In this document: positions 44,147-57,158 of the stretch, in pieces
How the letters are laid out: each line of letters begins with the position of its first letter
Numbering within the stretch: the stretch's first letter is position 1
Origin: Lobosporangium transversale
Lineage: Eukaryota
Direction: 5' to 3'
Length of the DNA stretch: 64,000 bases
Assembly (NCBI RefSeq): GCF_002105155.1
Contig: NW_019028982.1
Location: 496,001-560,000, forward strand
Program-made: the position numbers and the translations under genes
The notes under the pieces: model-generated
Database searches by the model: none
What the model saw: the letters and a program-made list of their open reading frames with translations, nothing else
What the model was told of the DNA's origin: nothing

Positions 44147-46851
44147 TTAGATCTGGACTTTACCAATCTCGAACACTTCATAGTCTTTAGGGTATACGCC
44201 CTTAGTCAACTTCCTCTGAGAAGCAACAACAATTCTATAGACACCAGCAGGTAATTTGACAGGCACCGTTGAGGCCTTGGACTCCATAACCTGGCCTTCC
44301 CATATTCTCGGCGTAAAGACAAGATTACCTTGATCATCTACCATCTTATGCCTACCCAAGGGGCCGTAAGCTGTACCAGTCTTTGAGCTAAGGTATCCTC
44401 TGAAGACATTCTGGGAGTCATAAATACGGATCTCCCCTGAAGGTGTATGCGAGCCCAGACGAGTCAAGACCACAGGCTTCATGGACGTGAGGTCAAAGAG
44501 ATAGTCGCCTTTTTTCGAGACATCGGTCAGGTTACCAGTCGCGACATTCAAAGCACTCAAGGCCGGGAACCCAAGGCTAGTATCCATGATTGGGACCTGA
44601 GAAACATCTCCCTTGAGGCCGATATAAGGAACGCTGATAGGGATACCGTCCTTGGACGTAGGGGTCGCAGTGAGGTAACCAGAGTACAAAGGGAATTGAG
44701 AGCTCTTCCCGGCAGCAGGCTCGCGGAATCGAATAGTGACGGTTGCAGACCTGCCTGCTGGAATCCTGACCGACGTGGTCGAAAATGTGACGGATGCATA
44801 GTCAGCCTCAAGGACTGGCTGTAGCAGAGGGAATGTATTGTTTCCTGGGTAAGAGTTGAGGGCATCAGCTGGTACATGCGATAAGGTGTAAGTCTCTGTA
44901 CCCTTGCCATGGTTGCTAAGAGTAATCTGGACTGTTCTTTGGAGATGGTTTGTGTCCAGAAGGTCTATGTGATCTGGTGTAATGGAGGATGTGGCAGTAA
45001 GGGCATTAAATACATTGAGCAGACCAGCACCTTGCTTTGCAGCCGAAGTGTAAGTGTTTGTGATCGGATCCTTGAAGAAAGTAGCTGTGTTCTTGAAGAC
45101 CTTGCGAACATCATCACCACGTGGTTTGGTTTTCTTTGCTTGAATGTAGAGAGCATGTGCGCCGGCGAAGTAAGGTGCAGCCATAGAGGTACCAGACATG
45201 ACTTTGTATCCCCCCAATTTGAGAGGGAAAGCCGATAAGATGTTCCCACCAGGAGCCGAAACATCGGGCTTGGATCGTAGATCACCATCCACACCAAGGG
45301 AAGAGAAGCTTGATGGCCGACCGCCGCCCTCAACCCAGAAGCTGGCTGGTGTCTTACTCCAAGTGAGCCTGTGTTGAGAGTCTTGTTTGTAAGCGGCGAT
45401 CAGCTCTGTGCCGGTCTTGTATTCAATGGATGCCATAGGGAACTCCGGGATGCCACCGACGCCTCCCAAGCCAAAAGGGATGGTCTGAATCAGAATGCCA
45501 GCTGCACCAGCCTCTTTGGCGATCGTACCGCGGTCACCAGACTTGCAGCGGGCGAGATCTCCGAGGACGAGGACAACCTTCCCCTTGACATTTAAGCCTC
45601 CGTATGCGTCCGCGTTGCATCCGTCCGCAAGTGTACCGTTCTGATGGAGCACAGGGACTAAAGTGGCAGAAATAGGGAGGTTGATGGCCTTGCCATAGGC
45701 ATCTGAAGGCACATAAGAGTATCTACCTCCAGCGTATGTGAAGTAAGCATAAGTACCAACAATGTTATCAAAGGAGCCCACAGAAGTAGAGAGATCACCA
45801 AGGCTTGAGTCTGAGACCATCCAGACACCATGTTCTCCATCGTTACCAGCTGCTACAATAATGGCCATCCCTCTAGCAATCAGTTTATCGCCAAGCACAG
45901 CTGGTGGATTACTTTTGAAAGCCGATCCTCCGCCTAAGGACATATTGATCAGCTATGATATGACAAAAAAAAAAAGGTTTGTTTGTATTTGTTTGTATTT
46001 GTTTGTGTCACAAAAATGTATGCAACTTTTTTTTTCCAACTTACATCCATACCGTCGTGGTATGCGCGCTCCATTGCAGCCATGATTAGATCATCTGTGG
46101 TACTACCTGTACACCCAAAGATACGATACGCGCCCAAAGTCGCCTCAGGTGCCACGCCTACAAATGGCTGTGGAGGCTTAAGGCTGGACTTGATGTTCAG
46201 AGCATCCGCTCCAATAATACCTGCAACATGTGTGCCATGGCCTTGGCAGTCCATAGGATTTGGCCCAGGCGTAGGCTCGTTGCCACCATTGTACTCATCC
46301 CCTACAAAATCCCATCCATACGCAATACGGCAGTTCTTCCCAAAGCACCCCTTGGTGGCACCACGGCCTGCGAAGGCTGGGTGGTTGTAATCGATGCCAG
46401 TATCGATCACCCCAATTTTGACGCCTCTACCTGTCAGCTTCAGCTTACGGTGGACAATATCAACGCCTGTCATAGAGTGGTAGGAGGCTGCTGCAGGGTC
46501 CGTAGCATTGATGGCAGAAGGGCGAGGCTTTGGAATTGAGTATAAGCGGATCGGCCAGACATTTTTGATAGTGGGAATGACTGCTAAATCGTTGCCATCA
46601 TGAGCTGAGAGGACAGAAATGGCTACACCATTGAAGATGCCATACTCATTCCTGACCTCATAGGAAACTTGATGATCATCCAAGGATGAGTAGGCGTTAG
46701 AGTGCATGACTCCATCCTCATACTCAATGATGAAGCCGCGAGCAACGGTTGTGTCTAATGGTGATGACATAGGATCAAAGTCGTGATATGTCCCAGCAGA
46801 GACGAGAGCCACAGCTGTGAGCACCGAGACAATAGTGTTGATGGTCTTCAT
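44147..46851 (-). CDS. Secreted subtilisin-like serine protease (S8A, Vpr-like) with propeptide, PA and Fn3-like domains
   Basis: Signal peptide; catalytic motifs VIDTG, HGTHVAG and GTSMAAP; AAGN oxyanion motif; QGAG. One intron (46044-45953) restores the frame. Confidence 0.95.
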
Positions 46852-49071
46852 TTTTCCAGGCTAAGTAATATCTGGATTGATGATTGGGTGGCGAAATGTG
46901 TGCACTAAAAAATAACGGCCTCTCTAATTGAGGTCTTCTCTAATGATAAAGGTAAAGAGTAAAGTGATGATAAAGGGGTCGATAGCGCTAATTGAATAGA
47001 TGACGAAGTTAGGACAAGAATATGAAGATCAGAAACAAGTCGATCGGAGTAGAAGGAAATGATAAGTTGAATGAAAATATGAGAGAGAAACAAGATCCTT
47101 TTTATATCTGATCTGTGGATGCGTGCGCGAGTGGCTGTGTAACAAACCAGAACTCCGAATCTAAAAAAAAAAAAATGCATTCGAAAGACGTACATCAACT
47201 TATGGCACTCCATTTATTCTGAGTACTGATTTCATTTGTTGGGCGTGTTTCATTTCATTAGACACACTACAGGGCTAGGTATTCCCAAGGAAGAAATGAT
47301 TAGGGCAATAAGCAGCCTATAATTAATGATGACCGAAATGAACAACATCCTGTCATTTATAAGTTTTTACCATTGACAGTGTGGGTTTTTTCTGTTGTTG
47401 CCCTCATGGAACCGTATTTGAATTGGTAGGCTAATAAAGCTCAAATGCAGCTACGTACATCCCAAGCCCCATATAAGCGCCCATGCTCCGCCCAAGCTCA
47501 TAGTAAGTTTTCGATGTTTTGGATGTACCAGTTACTGTGAGCTTGATAAGTACCATTGTTCCCTTCATGCAGCCCACTGCAATGCTTTCCCCTCAGCCTT
47601 TTATTTTACAATGAGAACCACCTTTGAACAGAGCCTCTATTTAATTTCTGCCATTGAAACTCTTGTTGCTGTTATTTCATACCTGCTTTAGAATTCTTAT
47701 ATGGTTCACCGCTAGGTATTTACTTCCCTGCCTTCGTTCCGTCTAAATTAACTAAAAGAAACCTTTCTCTTTAGTTTATCGCTCATTTTGTCTTCTGCTG
47801 ATGAAAATACTGCTGAGCTTGGAAGATGATCCTGTCTATACTGAACCTGATGCTTTACTATACCTTTATTCGCTTTAAGAGACGCGATGCAGTCCTGCCT
47901 TTCATGAGCGAAAAACATAGGAGTTCTTTTTATTTATTATCTATCTCTATTTTCCGTGGTGCTGGAGAAAGTAAGCGCTAAAGGAGCCGACTTTCTCGAT
48001 AACTGTGTATTAATTAAGATGCTTGAGACAGCATCAATGGCATTCGAGTTCAGAACCTATTCCAAGTAAGGCAGGCTTTGGCCATGAAATCTTCAAACTG
48101 GTTTCCAGAAAGTGAGCTAACCAAATTAGTTCGATTGCAGCGTGTGCAACGAACGCTGTAAGCACGTTTTTAACATCTTAAGCACGAAAACACTTCTTCT
48201 AGCGTACCGGGTTAGAACTCTCTTTTTTTTTTAGCTAGGAAAACATTGGGCTGGGGACTTTAGTTGGAGAGATCTGATTTGGCGCAAGGTTCAGATCTTT
48301 CTGTACAAATGTGCGTGCAAATGTCCACAGGACAATATATCTATGAAATTTATATACATCGTCACTGAGAGACATTCCAGCACAGAAACAAGATCTCCAA
48401 AAGGTGGCAGTGCGAACTTTAAATTGGCTGAGTATGTTTTCACCAAAAGTGCGAGACGAGTGGCTGCAAAGCTTTGTTTGGAGACAAGAATAGGAATTGA
48501 GTTTTGAATGTTAATTACAAATAAAAACTTGTGATAGATGCATTATACTGAATAAACAAAACATGCGAACTCCAGGGCACTCCATTTTAAATGTCTTGGT
48601 GAAGATAATGGCCGCAGAGTCCATGCCTGGCCTCTTCACTGCCACAACCCATCAGAAAGGCTCTCTTTTTTGCTGAATCTTTGATGACAGAGTCAACGCA
48701 CTTTTCTACCAACGCTTTTGTTTTGATTTCCGCTGTTTTGGGATTAAGATACCAAATAAGGAAGCCTATGACGATCGGCCACAGCACTGCCATCCGCACT
48801 CTTTCATATAAGTACAGCTCGTTTATTTTAAAGTCATTTGTGCCACCTTGTTCCTGAATTAAAAAAAAAAAAAAAAAAAAAAAACTGACTAATCACTGGT
48901 TTTCGTTTCACCTTCCTCCACCAAAAGCCATGACGATATATCCAAGAAGGTAACTTTTATTATTTTTTCTTTATTAATCTTCGATAAGAAAATCAATTCA
49001 GGAGTACCTATTTTTCTGTTTGCCATGGTTTAGGTTGTGGAAGCTTTTCCTTTCCTTTTGTCGACCAGGAT

Positions 49072-49416
49072 CTAATTTTTGATGTGTTCTTCCAATTTCT
49101 CGCATTGGTCCTTCAATCTAGTGATGTTAGTCCCACAGAAAAGTATGATTTGGTCTGACCAGTCGATAATTTGAGTGCGGGCTTCCGTCACCGAGATTTG
49201 TTCATAGCCAGGTAAGATATAATCTTTCGTACACGGGAACAGACCCATGGCGATCAACTCAGCTCTGATTTGGTCATAATCATCCTTGCCACAACAACCA
49301 AAATAGGCCTTTGCAGCTATGGCATGTGTAGAAGTAATTTTAATTTCATATCTCTTGATTTGCTCGGTAAGGTTACCAATCATATCACAGAGTTGCTTGA
49401 GTTGCTCTTTGCCCAT
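49072..49416 (-). CDS. Small hypothetical helical protein (114 aa)
   Basis: ATG-initiated intronless ORF with coiled-coil-like heptads at both ends. No recognised family. Confidence 0.45.
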   Translation of the reverse strand: MGKEQLKQLCDMIGNLTEQIKRYEIKITSTHAIAAKAYFGCCGKDDYDQIRAELIAMGLFPCTKDYILPGYEQISVTEARTQIIDWSDQIILFCGTNITRLKDQCEKLEEHIKN

Positions 49417-50077
49417 CTTTTGAGGATAGTCGGTTCAGATATGTGGACGGAGTAGCTTGGGAATAAATATGATACGAGCTTCGCTAGAACAAGACTTTAG
49501 AAATGTGGTTGCGTGATAGAGAAGAAAGAGGTAGGGGACAAGAAATTTAAGTTTTATATTTGCTGAGTTCCTATCGCTCCCCTCGGTTTCTCTTTGTTGG
49601 TAAGCACGAGGTTCACGACATTTTTATTATTCAAGTGGGGGTAAAGGGCCGTTAACAAAAAAGAGAAAAAGAGAAAAAAGAGAAAAAGGCTGAAAAGAGT
49701 GAGCATCGAAGCTTGTAGATCGCTGTAAGGATCAAAATTGAAAATATTAACACAAAGATCTATTAATTTGCAATTGGACAAAAACATTTAAGCCGTAAAG
49801 CTATATGCACTTTGGCTTGGTGAAATAGGGCAAAAGGCTAAGTTTTGCTTCACCACCTAAATAGCGACTATTCAGGTAAAACGGTTTTCATCCAGGTGCG
49901 AAAGCCTCGCTGCCTGTTCCGTTAATAAACTCCCTGAAAGCTGTTAAATATTTTGCGCTACGGCCATTGTTGTCTTTTCTGATTTCTCCAAATTTTTTCT
50001 TTTTTACCCACTAACGACATCCTCATATACAGTACTCTTTAAATCTTTAAGACTAGCAACCCCAGAGAAGACAAAAG

Positions 50078-50398
50078 ATGACTGGAATAGGTGCTGGATC
50101 CAACTCTGATCAACTCAGTTTCCCAAGGAAGTTGATCCAAACTTCGCGCATGATGAACGATTGCGAAGACCAAATCAAGACTCTCGAACGCCTGATCCAT
50201 ACATGGGATGAACTGGTGGCTGCAAAGCCGCCATCCGATGAACCTAACACGCTAGACGCTTCTGAACGACAACAAGCCATGGGGATCTTGGCAAATCTGA
50301 GGTCTCGCCTAAGGATTCAACTGGATACCAAGGCCAGCCTTTTAGCGTCTATGCGGAGCCTTATGGACGAACACCGTGGACAAGCGCGACGCCAGTGA
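50078..50398 (+). CDS. Small coiled-coil protein (106 aa), paralog of 51120-51401
   Basis: Shares CExxIxTLxxLIxxWxxLxA...QQA...LxSxLxxQL with the neighbouring ORF. Confidence 0.6.
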   Translation: MTGIGAGSNSDQLSFPRKLIQTSRMMNDCEDQIKTLERLIHTWDELVAAKPPSDEPNTLDASERQQAMGILANLRSRLRIQLDTKASLLASMRSLMDEHRGQARRQ

Positions 50399-51119
50399 CT
50401 AAATTCATTCCTTTTAAAAGAGGGAAAAGAAAGAAAGAAAACTAGGAATGACCATAAAGATTATGCATATCGAATGCGCTTAGATTATCAATCAACAATA
50501 AAAATCTGATTACATTCTTCGCAGAGTTCTTTGATTACGCTCCCGAATTATGTTTTTCTGCGGTGCAGTGATAATACCCCCGATCCTTTTCCTCCTTTCG
50601 ACTTGTCTAAACTGAAAATCCGCGAAAGCAAATCACCACCTTTTTTGCCATGGCAGAATTAGTTTTATGGCCCTTTATTAGACTAAAGCAAGTGGGGCGA
50701 AAGCACAGCAACAAATACTATAGTGGAGTATCGATGGAGCAGCGCAAAAAAGCCGGAGAGCGCCGCTTAATCCGCCTTGTAGGGCCTTCTCCAGGTATAT
50801 ATCAGCGTGGATCCCATATATATTGTGGTCAACAGAAGGAACAAGAGAAGGCATGAAGGGGTGTGGCAAATAGTTTTCCTTTTGCAAAGCCGCAATGCCG
50901 ACATAGCTTTCACTTAAGTTCTCTTCTCTTTTCTTTGCTTTCTAAATAATTTCTTCATTAACTTCATTTGATCTCTAACCTCATCGGGACCGTACACACA
51001 CTTTACTGTTTCCCAAATCATCTTCCCCTCTGCTCATTATAACACTAGCCAGGAGAGAGAATCAGGAGCACTAAGCCGGAAAAAAAGTCTCCTTACACTA
51101 GGGATTTCGGACTCGAAGG

Positions 51120-51401
51120 ATGGATATCTGTGAACGACGGATCGAGACACTTGGGGGCTTGATCGAGATTTGGGAGCAACTTATAGCCCAAGGCCGATTT
51201 CCAGAAATCTTGGAAGGAGTGGAAGGAACAGGAACCCCGACTATAGCGCCAAATGAATGCCATGGAGGCCCGCATGATGCACTCCAACAAGCAACAGAGA
51301 CTGTGGAAGGGCTGAAATCTCTTCTCAAGTATCAGTTGAAGATCAGATCTGAACTCCAGAAAAATGCGGAGGTTGTTGAACAAACACAAGAATTACTGTA
51401 A
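51120..51401 (+). CDS. Small coiled-coil protein (93 aa), paralog of 50078-50398
   Basis: Same shared motif pattern; the start may be further upstream. Confidence 0.6.
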   Translation: MDICERRIETLGGLIEIWEQLIAQGRFPEILEGVEGTGTPTIAPNECHGGPHDALQQATETVEGLKSLLKYQLKIRSELQKNAEVVEQTQELL

Positions 51402-52502
51402 CCGCGGCCTTTCCTTGTGATAAAAAAAAACTCATAGCCGGGCCGTGAACAGAAATAAAGCCTTGTGGTCTTCTCTCACAACCAACCATCTTGTACACCT
51501 CTCTATGCTCAATACTTTTGAACAGTAGCAAAGCTAAACTTGGCTACTTGTGATTTTTATCTCGCGTTACCTCTATTGTTATCAATAAATGATCTTAAAG
51601 CTTTTGGAAGTGCACCTAAAGCGCTCTTAGCTATCGAAATTTAAGTACCACTCAATTATCATGACGACATGCTACCGTCTGTTCCCCCCTTCCAACCATA
51701 ACTACGTCGCCACAGACCTATATGTCTTGTTAATAGTTGTTTGGTTACATAGGTTTGTGTGGACTTCCTTTCCCATAGTTTGGTCGAAAAAGCTCTGGAA
51801 ACCTCTTAAGTATAGCGCGTCCGAAAAATGACTTCTTCCCAGTCTAGGGCAACTGGAGTGTTTTGTGGGCTGCGAGGCGGTTACATTCGATCAAAGGCGT
51901 TAATAATGGAAGAGCGCGCCGTGCCTCCCGAAGAGACTCAGTCATTCTTTGTCGTACATATCTTTTTTTTTTTTTTTTTTTTTTTTTTTCGTTCAATAAA
52001 AGGGAGGCGGAGATATAGTTTAATCACCTGAGAGCAGGAGAGGCTTTTCCTTTGAAGACACATATTTTACTAACAGGGATAGATGTAGACTATAAGCCTA
52101 TACGGAACTGTTAAACACACTTGGAAAAGTTGCTGATCGTATCAATCAACCTGATCAGTTCACTGAAACAGAAGACCAATTATTTGCTCGGAGCTGACAA
52201 AGAGCCGTCTTCGTTCGACCGCGGTATCCTTGATCACCCAAAGGTCACGAAGCGAGAGCTTAGAAAAATAAAAAGCAAAGATAGTGAGTAATTTGCACTT
52301 TATACTCACTCAACTTCTAACTTCGCCTTAACGTCCAAATAACTCACCGAAGCCGCAGCTGTATGTATAGCTTTTGATACGCCAAGATCATTTTATTTCT
52401 ATGTAATAAGAGCTACCACATAGCTTCCCTAAGGATTGGTTGTTAAATATCTTGACTCTTTATCAATAATGTCATCTAGGCATAGATCAGCCTTTCATAA
52501 TC

Positions 52503-53552
52503 ATGGCTACAAAAATGATTGTTGTCCTAGTTGCCAATGAGCCAGGAAAATCAGTCATTGTGCCATATGACCCCATAGAACCTACTTCCTATATGATACA
52601 GCGGATTTCAGCGTGCTTGAATGAGCGCGATGATGATATTTCCAGCCGCGAGCTCCATATCGATGGGATCCGCCTTGAAAACACCAACGATTCAATAGGT
52701 CACTATCGTCCCTCAGATAGCGCCCTCACTTACCGATCTCAGAAAAAAAGCGACAAAGTGATCTTCGTAAAGACGTTGACAGCCAAAACAATAGCTTTGC
52801 CGTTTAAGCCTAAATATACAATCGAGAGCATTAAAAGCATGATTCAGATCCATGAGAATATTCCTTCAGACCAGCAAAGACTGGTTTTCCAAGGAAAGCA
52901 TCTTAAAAATGGAAGAACTCTGCAGGATTACAACATCCAACATGGATCGACTTTGCATTTTATATTACATTTGAAAGGTGGGGCTTTTGAGCCTGGCCGT
53001 GTCCTGTTCGCGGACATATCAAAAACTGCAGGAGTTCAAAAACTACGCTTTTTTAAAAAGGCTCCTCTTGGCCGTGCTGCATTGTCTGGAACGAATGTAG
53101 AGTGCGAATGTAGTTGTACTCCAGGCTACCGAGTGATCTGTCCAAAAGGATTTAGCATGATTGAGCTGTCACAGGCAAAGTTGGAATGCCCTAACTGTCA
53201 TAAGAGTGGTAACAACATTACCCCTGTTACGGTTGGGTTCAGAGCATGCAAGTACCGGTTCCACGGCCTCAAAACCAGTGGTGAATCGCACACCACCAGT
53301 TGGACCATACTGACGGACAAAGATTCATATCATCAATTTAATGCAGACACGCAAATCGAGTGGAACCGATTGGTGATCGAATCTTCTAAGCCATACGAAA
53401 AGGATTATTGCGCCATTTGTCTGGAGCATATGAGCTTCACAAAAACCCTTGATTGCGGTCACAGGTTCCATCACAATTGCTATGCAAAATGGAACGCGTC
53501 TTGTCCAAGCTGCCGATACGATCAGCGCCTAGTCGACACGCAAAACCCATAG
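52503..53552 (+). CDS. Ubiquitin-like domain + Cys-rich domain + RING-H2 fusion protein
   Basis: [11 protein letters not shown]...[41 protein letters not shown]; central CxCxC...CPNC...GFRAC; C-terminal CAIC..CGHRFH..C..W..CPSC. Confidence 0.88.
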   Translation: MATKMIVVLVANEPGKSVIVPYDPIEPTSYMIQRISACLNERDDDISSRELHIDGIRLENTNDSIGHYRPSDSALTYRSQKKSDKVIFVKTLTAKTIALPFKPKYTIESIKSMIQIHENIPSDQQRLVFQGKHLKNGRTLQDYNIQHGSTLHFILHLKGGAFEPGRVLFADISKTAGVQKLRFFKKAPLGRAALSGTNVECECSCTPGYRVICPKGFSMIELSQAKLECPNCHKSGNNITPVTVGFRACKYRFHGLKTSGESHTTSWTILTDKDSYHQFNADTQIEWNRLVIESSKPYEKDYCAICLEHMSFTKTLDCGHRFHHNCYAKWNASCPSCRYDQRLVDTQNP

Positions 53553-53601
53553 TCCAGAGAGCCTTCCGACTCTGATTTTCTCTGAGCACTCGGTTTACTC
53601 G

Positions 53602-53633
<32 letters not shown>

Positions 53634-54423
53634 CGATTTTGATAGCGGATGGGCCGGATGGTTAATAAATCACTTTCCTCATTATCCAATGCCCATTCTC
53701 CCTGGGCACCGCTCCTTCCTTGGACGACATTAGAAAAAGAGGCGTAGTTGGTGTGGCTTGGGCAACAACAATTATTATCCCACTGTTTCGAAGCGACTCA
53801 ACTACATAAACGCCAATGCTTCGTACGATCCAGCAACATGTACAAGTACAATAAAGTGTTCCCTCAATATGACTCAAAAGCACTTTAGCTGCCTGTTAAG
53901 ACTTGCAGCTACTCAACATGCCGTAGGCTCAATATACTAAGAGGAGGAAAATGGTCCATAAAGACTATGTTGAGACTGAGCATTAGTATCAAAAACTTCA
54001 GACCGAGTTGATATTGGCGCGCTCAGGAGAAAGCTGGGCCGACACAAGCACTCAAACTTTGGATGTGTTGGATGTATTTAATTGAAGCGTCGCAAAATGC
54101 ACTATCCTCATTAAGAGATTGTAAATTTTGCAGATGAAGACAAGTAGAGTATTTTTGCGGCAGCGGAGCCGAGTTTATTATGAATGCATACAAGCGGAGT
54201 TGCCATGATGGACCTCTGTCGCCTATGCGACAATGTCTGTATGTTTTGATCCATTACTTTGCATCGTTTAATAAACTGCATTAAAATGTGCATTCCAGCA
54301 ATGCGCGTCGACGTGACGTGAGAAAATTTTTGGGGACCCGTTGTCAGTCAATGAGAAAACGTGCCTCTCTTGCTCCATTGAACATTCTTGCTTCATTCAT
54401 TTCTTAATTTCTCTCTTCTAAAA

Positions 54424-56799
54424 ATGAACAATCTAGTCCTTTCACTGTTCGAGTCACCTGAGTTGACAAAACTTGTGGCTCAATACTTGACAGTCCATGA
54501 TATCGCACACTGTATCTTGACATGCAAGACCCTCTCAAGACTTTTTGAGCCCTATTTATGGCGCCAATTACTCCTAAGGAATCATAGCCACTACAATATC
54601 CTTCCTCGCAATCCTATCAGCAACATCAATAATGGCAATCGTAATGATAATGCTAGCCGGTATCACCTTAATTATCAGTTCCTATACCAGAACAATCCAC
54701 TCTTACTCTGCCCGCCGTCAGGATTCTCCAGGAACCGGCACCATCTCCATTATTTCATCGACTTGGCTGAAGGAGAAGCCCCCATTGAAAAATATCTCGA
54801 GATCATGGTCGATGGCTTACCTTTACTTCCTGCACTGTCGGACTCTGCAGAGGCTTCTACACCGACACACGAAGCTACCGTCGCGACATTGACAGAATCT
54901 CTTTCCACGACACTTTCTTCCACAAGTAGCAACAGTATGATAAATCTCCGGGAACTCAAACTCTCACACTTGACTCGGTCCAGGATCGATCCTTTATCCA
55001 TTTCGGCTCCAGTGAATCATCTACTGCTCCTTCGGATATTACATTCCAACTCAAATCTGACACACTTGGACCTTCCTGTTACAGTTCTAACTCAGGATCC
55101 ATTGCTGGTTCAATGTTTTCTGGACGTCATATCGACCAATCTTCAGCACTTACAGCGATTAATATTAAATGGCACTTCCGCTCACTCTACCAGTAGCAAT
55201 AATACTGCTGGGGATATCATATCTGCAGAGACATCAGTCCAGTTTCTAGGCACATGTTTACAACATCCTCGACTACGGGATCTCCAGTGCAACTTTACGA
55301 TGGATGATAGCAAAGAGACAACATCTTGGGGCGGAAGAACACCTACACCAATGTCGTGGTCGCATGTAGAGAGTGGACAAGACCAAGGAGGACAACAGCA
55401 TAGTGGAGGGAGAGGACGAGAGGAGGAAGAGCTAGAAGAACTATGCTCTGAATATTCATATGAATCCTTCAATAGGATACCCAACTACGAGACTCAACTA
55501 TTAGGACTTTTGAAGACCCTGTCTGTTGCGGATCGGGCTAAAGAAGAGGCAGGACTTCCAACAGCTTGTCCACTCTTGGCACTTAAATTACCAGCCACTC
55601 GGTTCGGCTATCCGGATTCGTTCTTAGATCGATTCTTACTATCACTCGAAAACCTAGAGCGACTAAACATCACAGATATCTTGGAGGGGCATGAAGATGA
55701 ATTGGAGCCATTGGTGGAAGAGTGTTGTCCTAAATTAAGGCATATCGATTGTAGTTTTGATTACACTCAATATAGTGGGAAACCCATCATATCGGTGATT
55801 CATGGATGTGCAACTCATGCAGGACTTATCTCATTTAGGGGCTTTGGGTATGATGATCAAGAGGATGAGGAACAGGAAAAATACTACAAACCATCGACAA
55901 CGTCATCATCATCCAGAAAAACAATAATACCAACTGTGGTCCAAATTCTTGTACATAAACACTCAAAAACACTTGAAGTGATTGAGCTTCCGAATTGTGG
56001 AGCCATCCGGAGTAAAGATTTACAATTAATCCTAACGACCTGTCCCCGGCTTCGACGGTTGTGGGTTTGGCCAGAAAATAATAATGGGCAGATCGCATTG
56101 GAATTTGTAGATGTGGTCAAAGATGAATGGGTCTGTTTGGGTTTGGAGGAACTACAGTTGACATTGACTCGACAATCGGACGACCATAGCCAACTTACTG
56201 GTTCAGCTGATCATTCGATAAAGGGGAAAGAGACAATGCCATATTATCTTCGACAGCCGGTCACGAGGCGACGAGGAGAAAGCTACTCATCCTTCTCTTC
56301 TGACAGACAGATGGCCCAAATGGCCAAGGAAGTCTATGCTCAAATCGGTCGACTGATCAACTTGCGTAGCTTAGTCCTTGGATGTGATAAGGATGAGCCA
56401 TCAGACCTAGAGTATTTTGCCAAAGATTTGACATTGAATCGAGGATATCTATCTGAGCTCTCGAAGCTGAAAGAGTTGAGACATTTTGGAATGACGACCA
56501 ATTTTTGGTTGAAGATGCGACAGGCAGAGACCAAATTCATGCTCAAACAATGGCCCAAGTTGGAGAGGATTACATTCGGAGAAGACAATTATCATTTCCT
56601 TAATCATGGTGGAGGTAGGAATGGGAGCCGGCATTTTCGATCTGCTTATGGTCATGGTTATGATTATAGCTGTAGCGCTTTGCTCTCTCAATTAGCCGAT
56701 CTGGATATCGCGGACGAGGACCATTGGCAGTTGATGCAGGAGAAGCGACCCTGGCTACGATTTGTACAGGCCTCGCTATATAAGAAACAGAGGAGCTAG
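54424..56799 (+). CDS. F-box / LRR-like protein
   Basis: FESPELTKLVAQYLTVHDIAHCILTCKTLSRLFEPYLWR. CPKLRHI, CPRLRRL, WVCLGLEEL, VYAQIGRLINLRSL and WPKLERI. Confidence 0.82.
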   Translation: MNNLVLSLFESPELTKLVAQYLTVHDIAHCILTCKTLSRLFEPYLWRQLLLRNHSHYNILPRNPISNINNGNRNDNASRYHLNYQFLYQNNPLLLCPPSGFSRNRHHLHYFIDLAEGEAPIEKYLEIMVDGLPLLPALSDSAEASTPTHEATVATLTESLSTTLSSTSSNSMINLRELKLSHLTRSRIDPLSISAPVNHLLLLRILHSNSNLTHLDLPVTVLTQDPLLVQCFLDVISTNLQHLQRLILNGTSAHSTSSNNTAGDIISAETSVQFLGTCLQHPRLRDLQCNFTMDDSKETTSWGGRTPTPMSWSHVESGQDQGGQQHSGGRGREEEELEELCSEYSYESFNRIPNYETQLLGLLKTLSVADRAKEEAGLPTACPLLALKLPATRFGYPDSFLDRFLLSLENLERLNITDILEGHEDELEPLVEECCPKLRHIDCSFDYTQYSGKPIISVIHGCATHAGLISFRGFGYDDQEDEEQEKYYKPSTTSSSSRKTIIPTVVQILVHKHSKTLEVIELPNCGAIRSKDLQLILTTCPRLRRLWVWPENNNGQIALEFVDVVKDEWVCLGLEELQLTLTRQSDDHSQLTGSADHSIKGKETMPYYLRQPVTRRRGESYSSFSSDRQMAQMAKEVYAQIGRLINLRSLVLGCDKDEPSDLEYFAKDLTLNRGYLSELSKLKELRHFGMTTNFWLKMRQAETKFMLKQWPKLERITFGEDNYHFLNHGGGRNGSRHFRSAYGHGYDYSCSALLSQLADLDIADEDHWQLMQEKRPWLRFVQASLYKKQRS

Positions 56800-57158
56800 A
56801 CAAAGGGCAGAACTATATTCATAAGATTACCGAACAACTCGACAGAAAACTGGACTACCAAATCAAATAGCCTTGAGCAAGGCAATTTAGTCCAGTTATT
56901 ATCGAAACTTTGAGGCTGTAGCTGCCACTATCTGGATTGCACCCTCTTCTGAAGAAAGGGGATCTGAAGTGCATGAAGAATAGAGAAACGTATATATATT
57001 ACATGTACCATATAATAATATAATATATTATATATATTTTTTTTTTCTATAAATAAAAAAAAAAAAAAAAAAAAAAAAAGTAATTTAAAGTGATTGATTC
57101 CAAACTATTCTATGCTGATATTTTGATCAGCTCATAAGGAAGAATGATGGTGGGAAGA

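Noticed and set aside
48587..49004. Possible small spliced gene on the - strand
   Set aside because: Exon structure and family could not be established.
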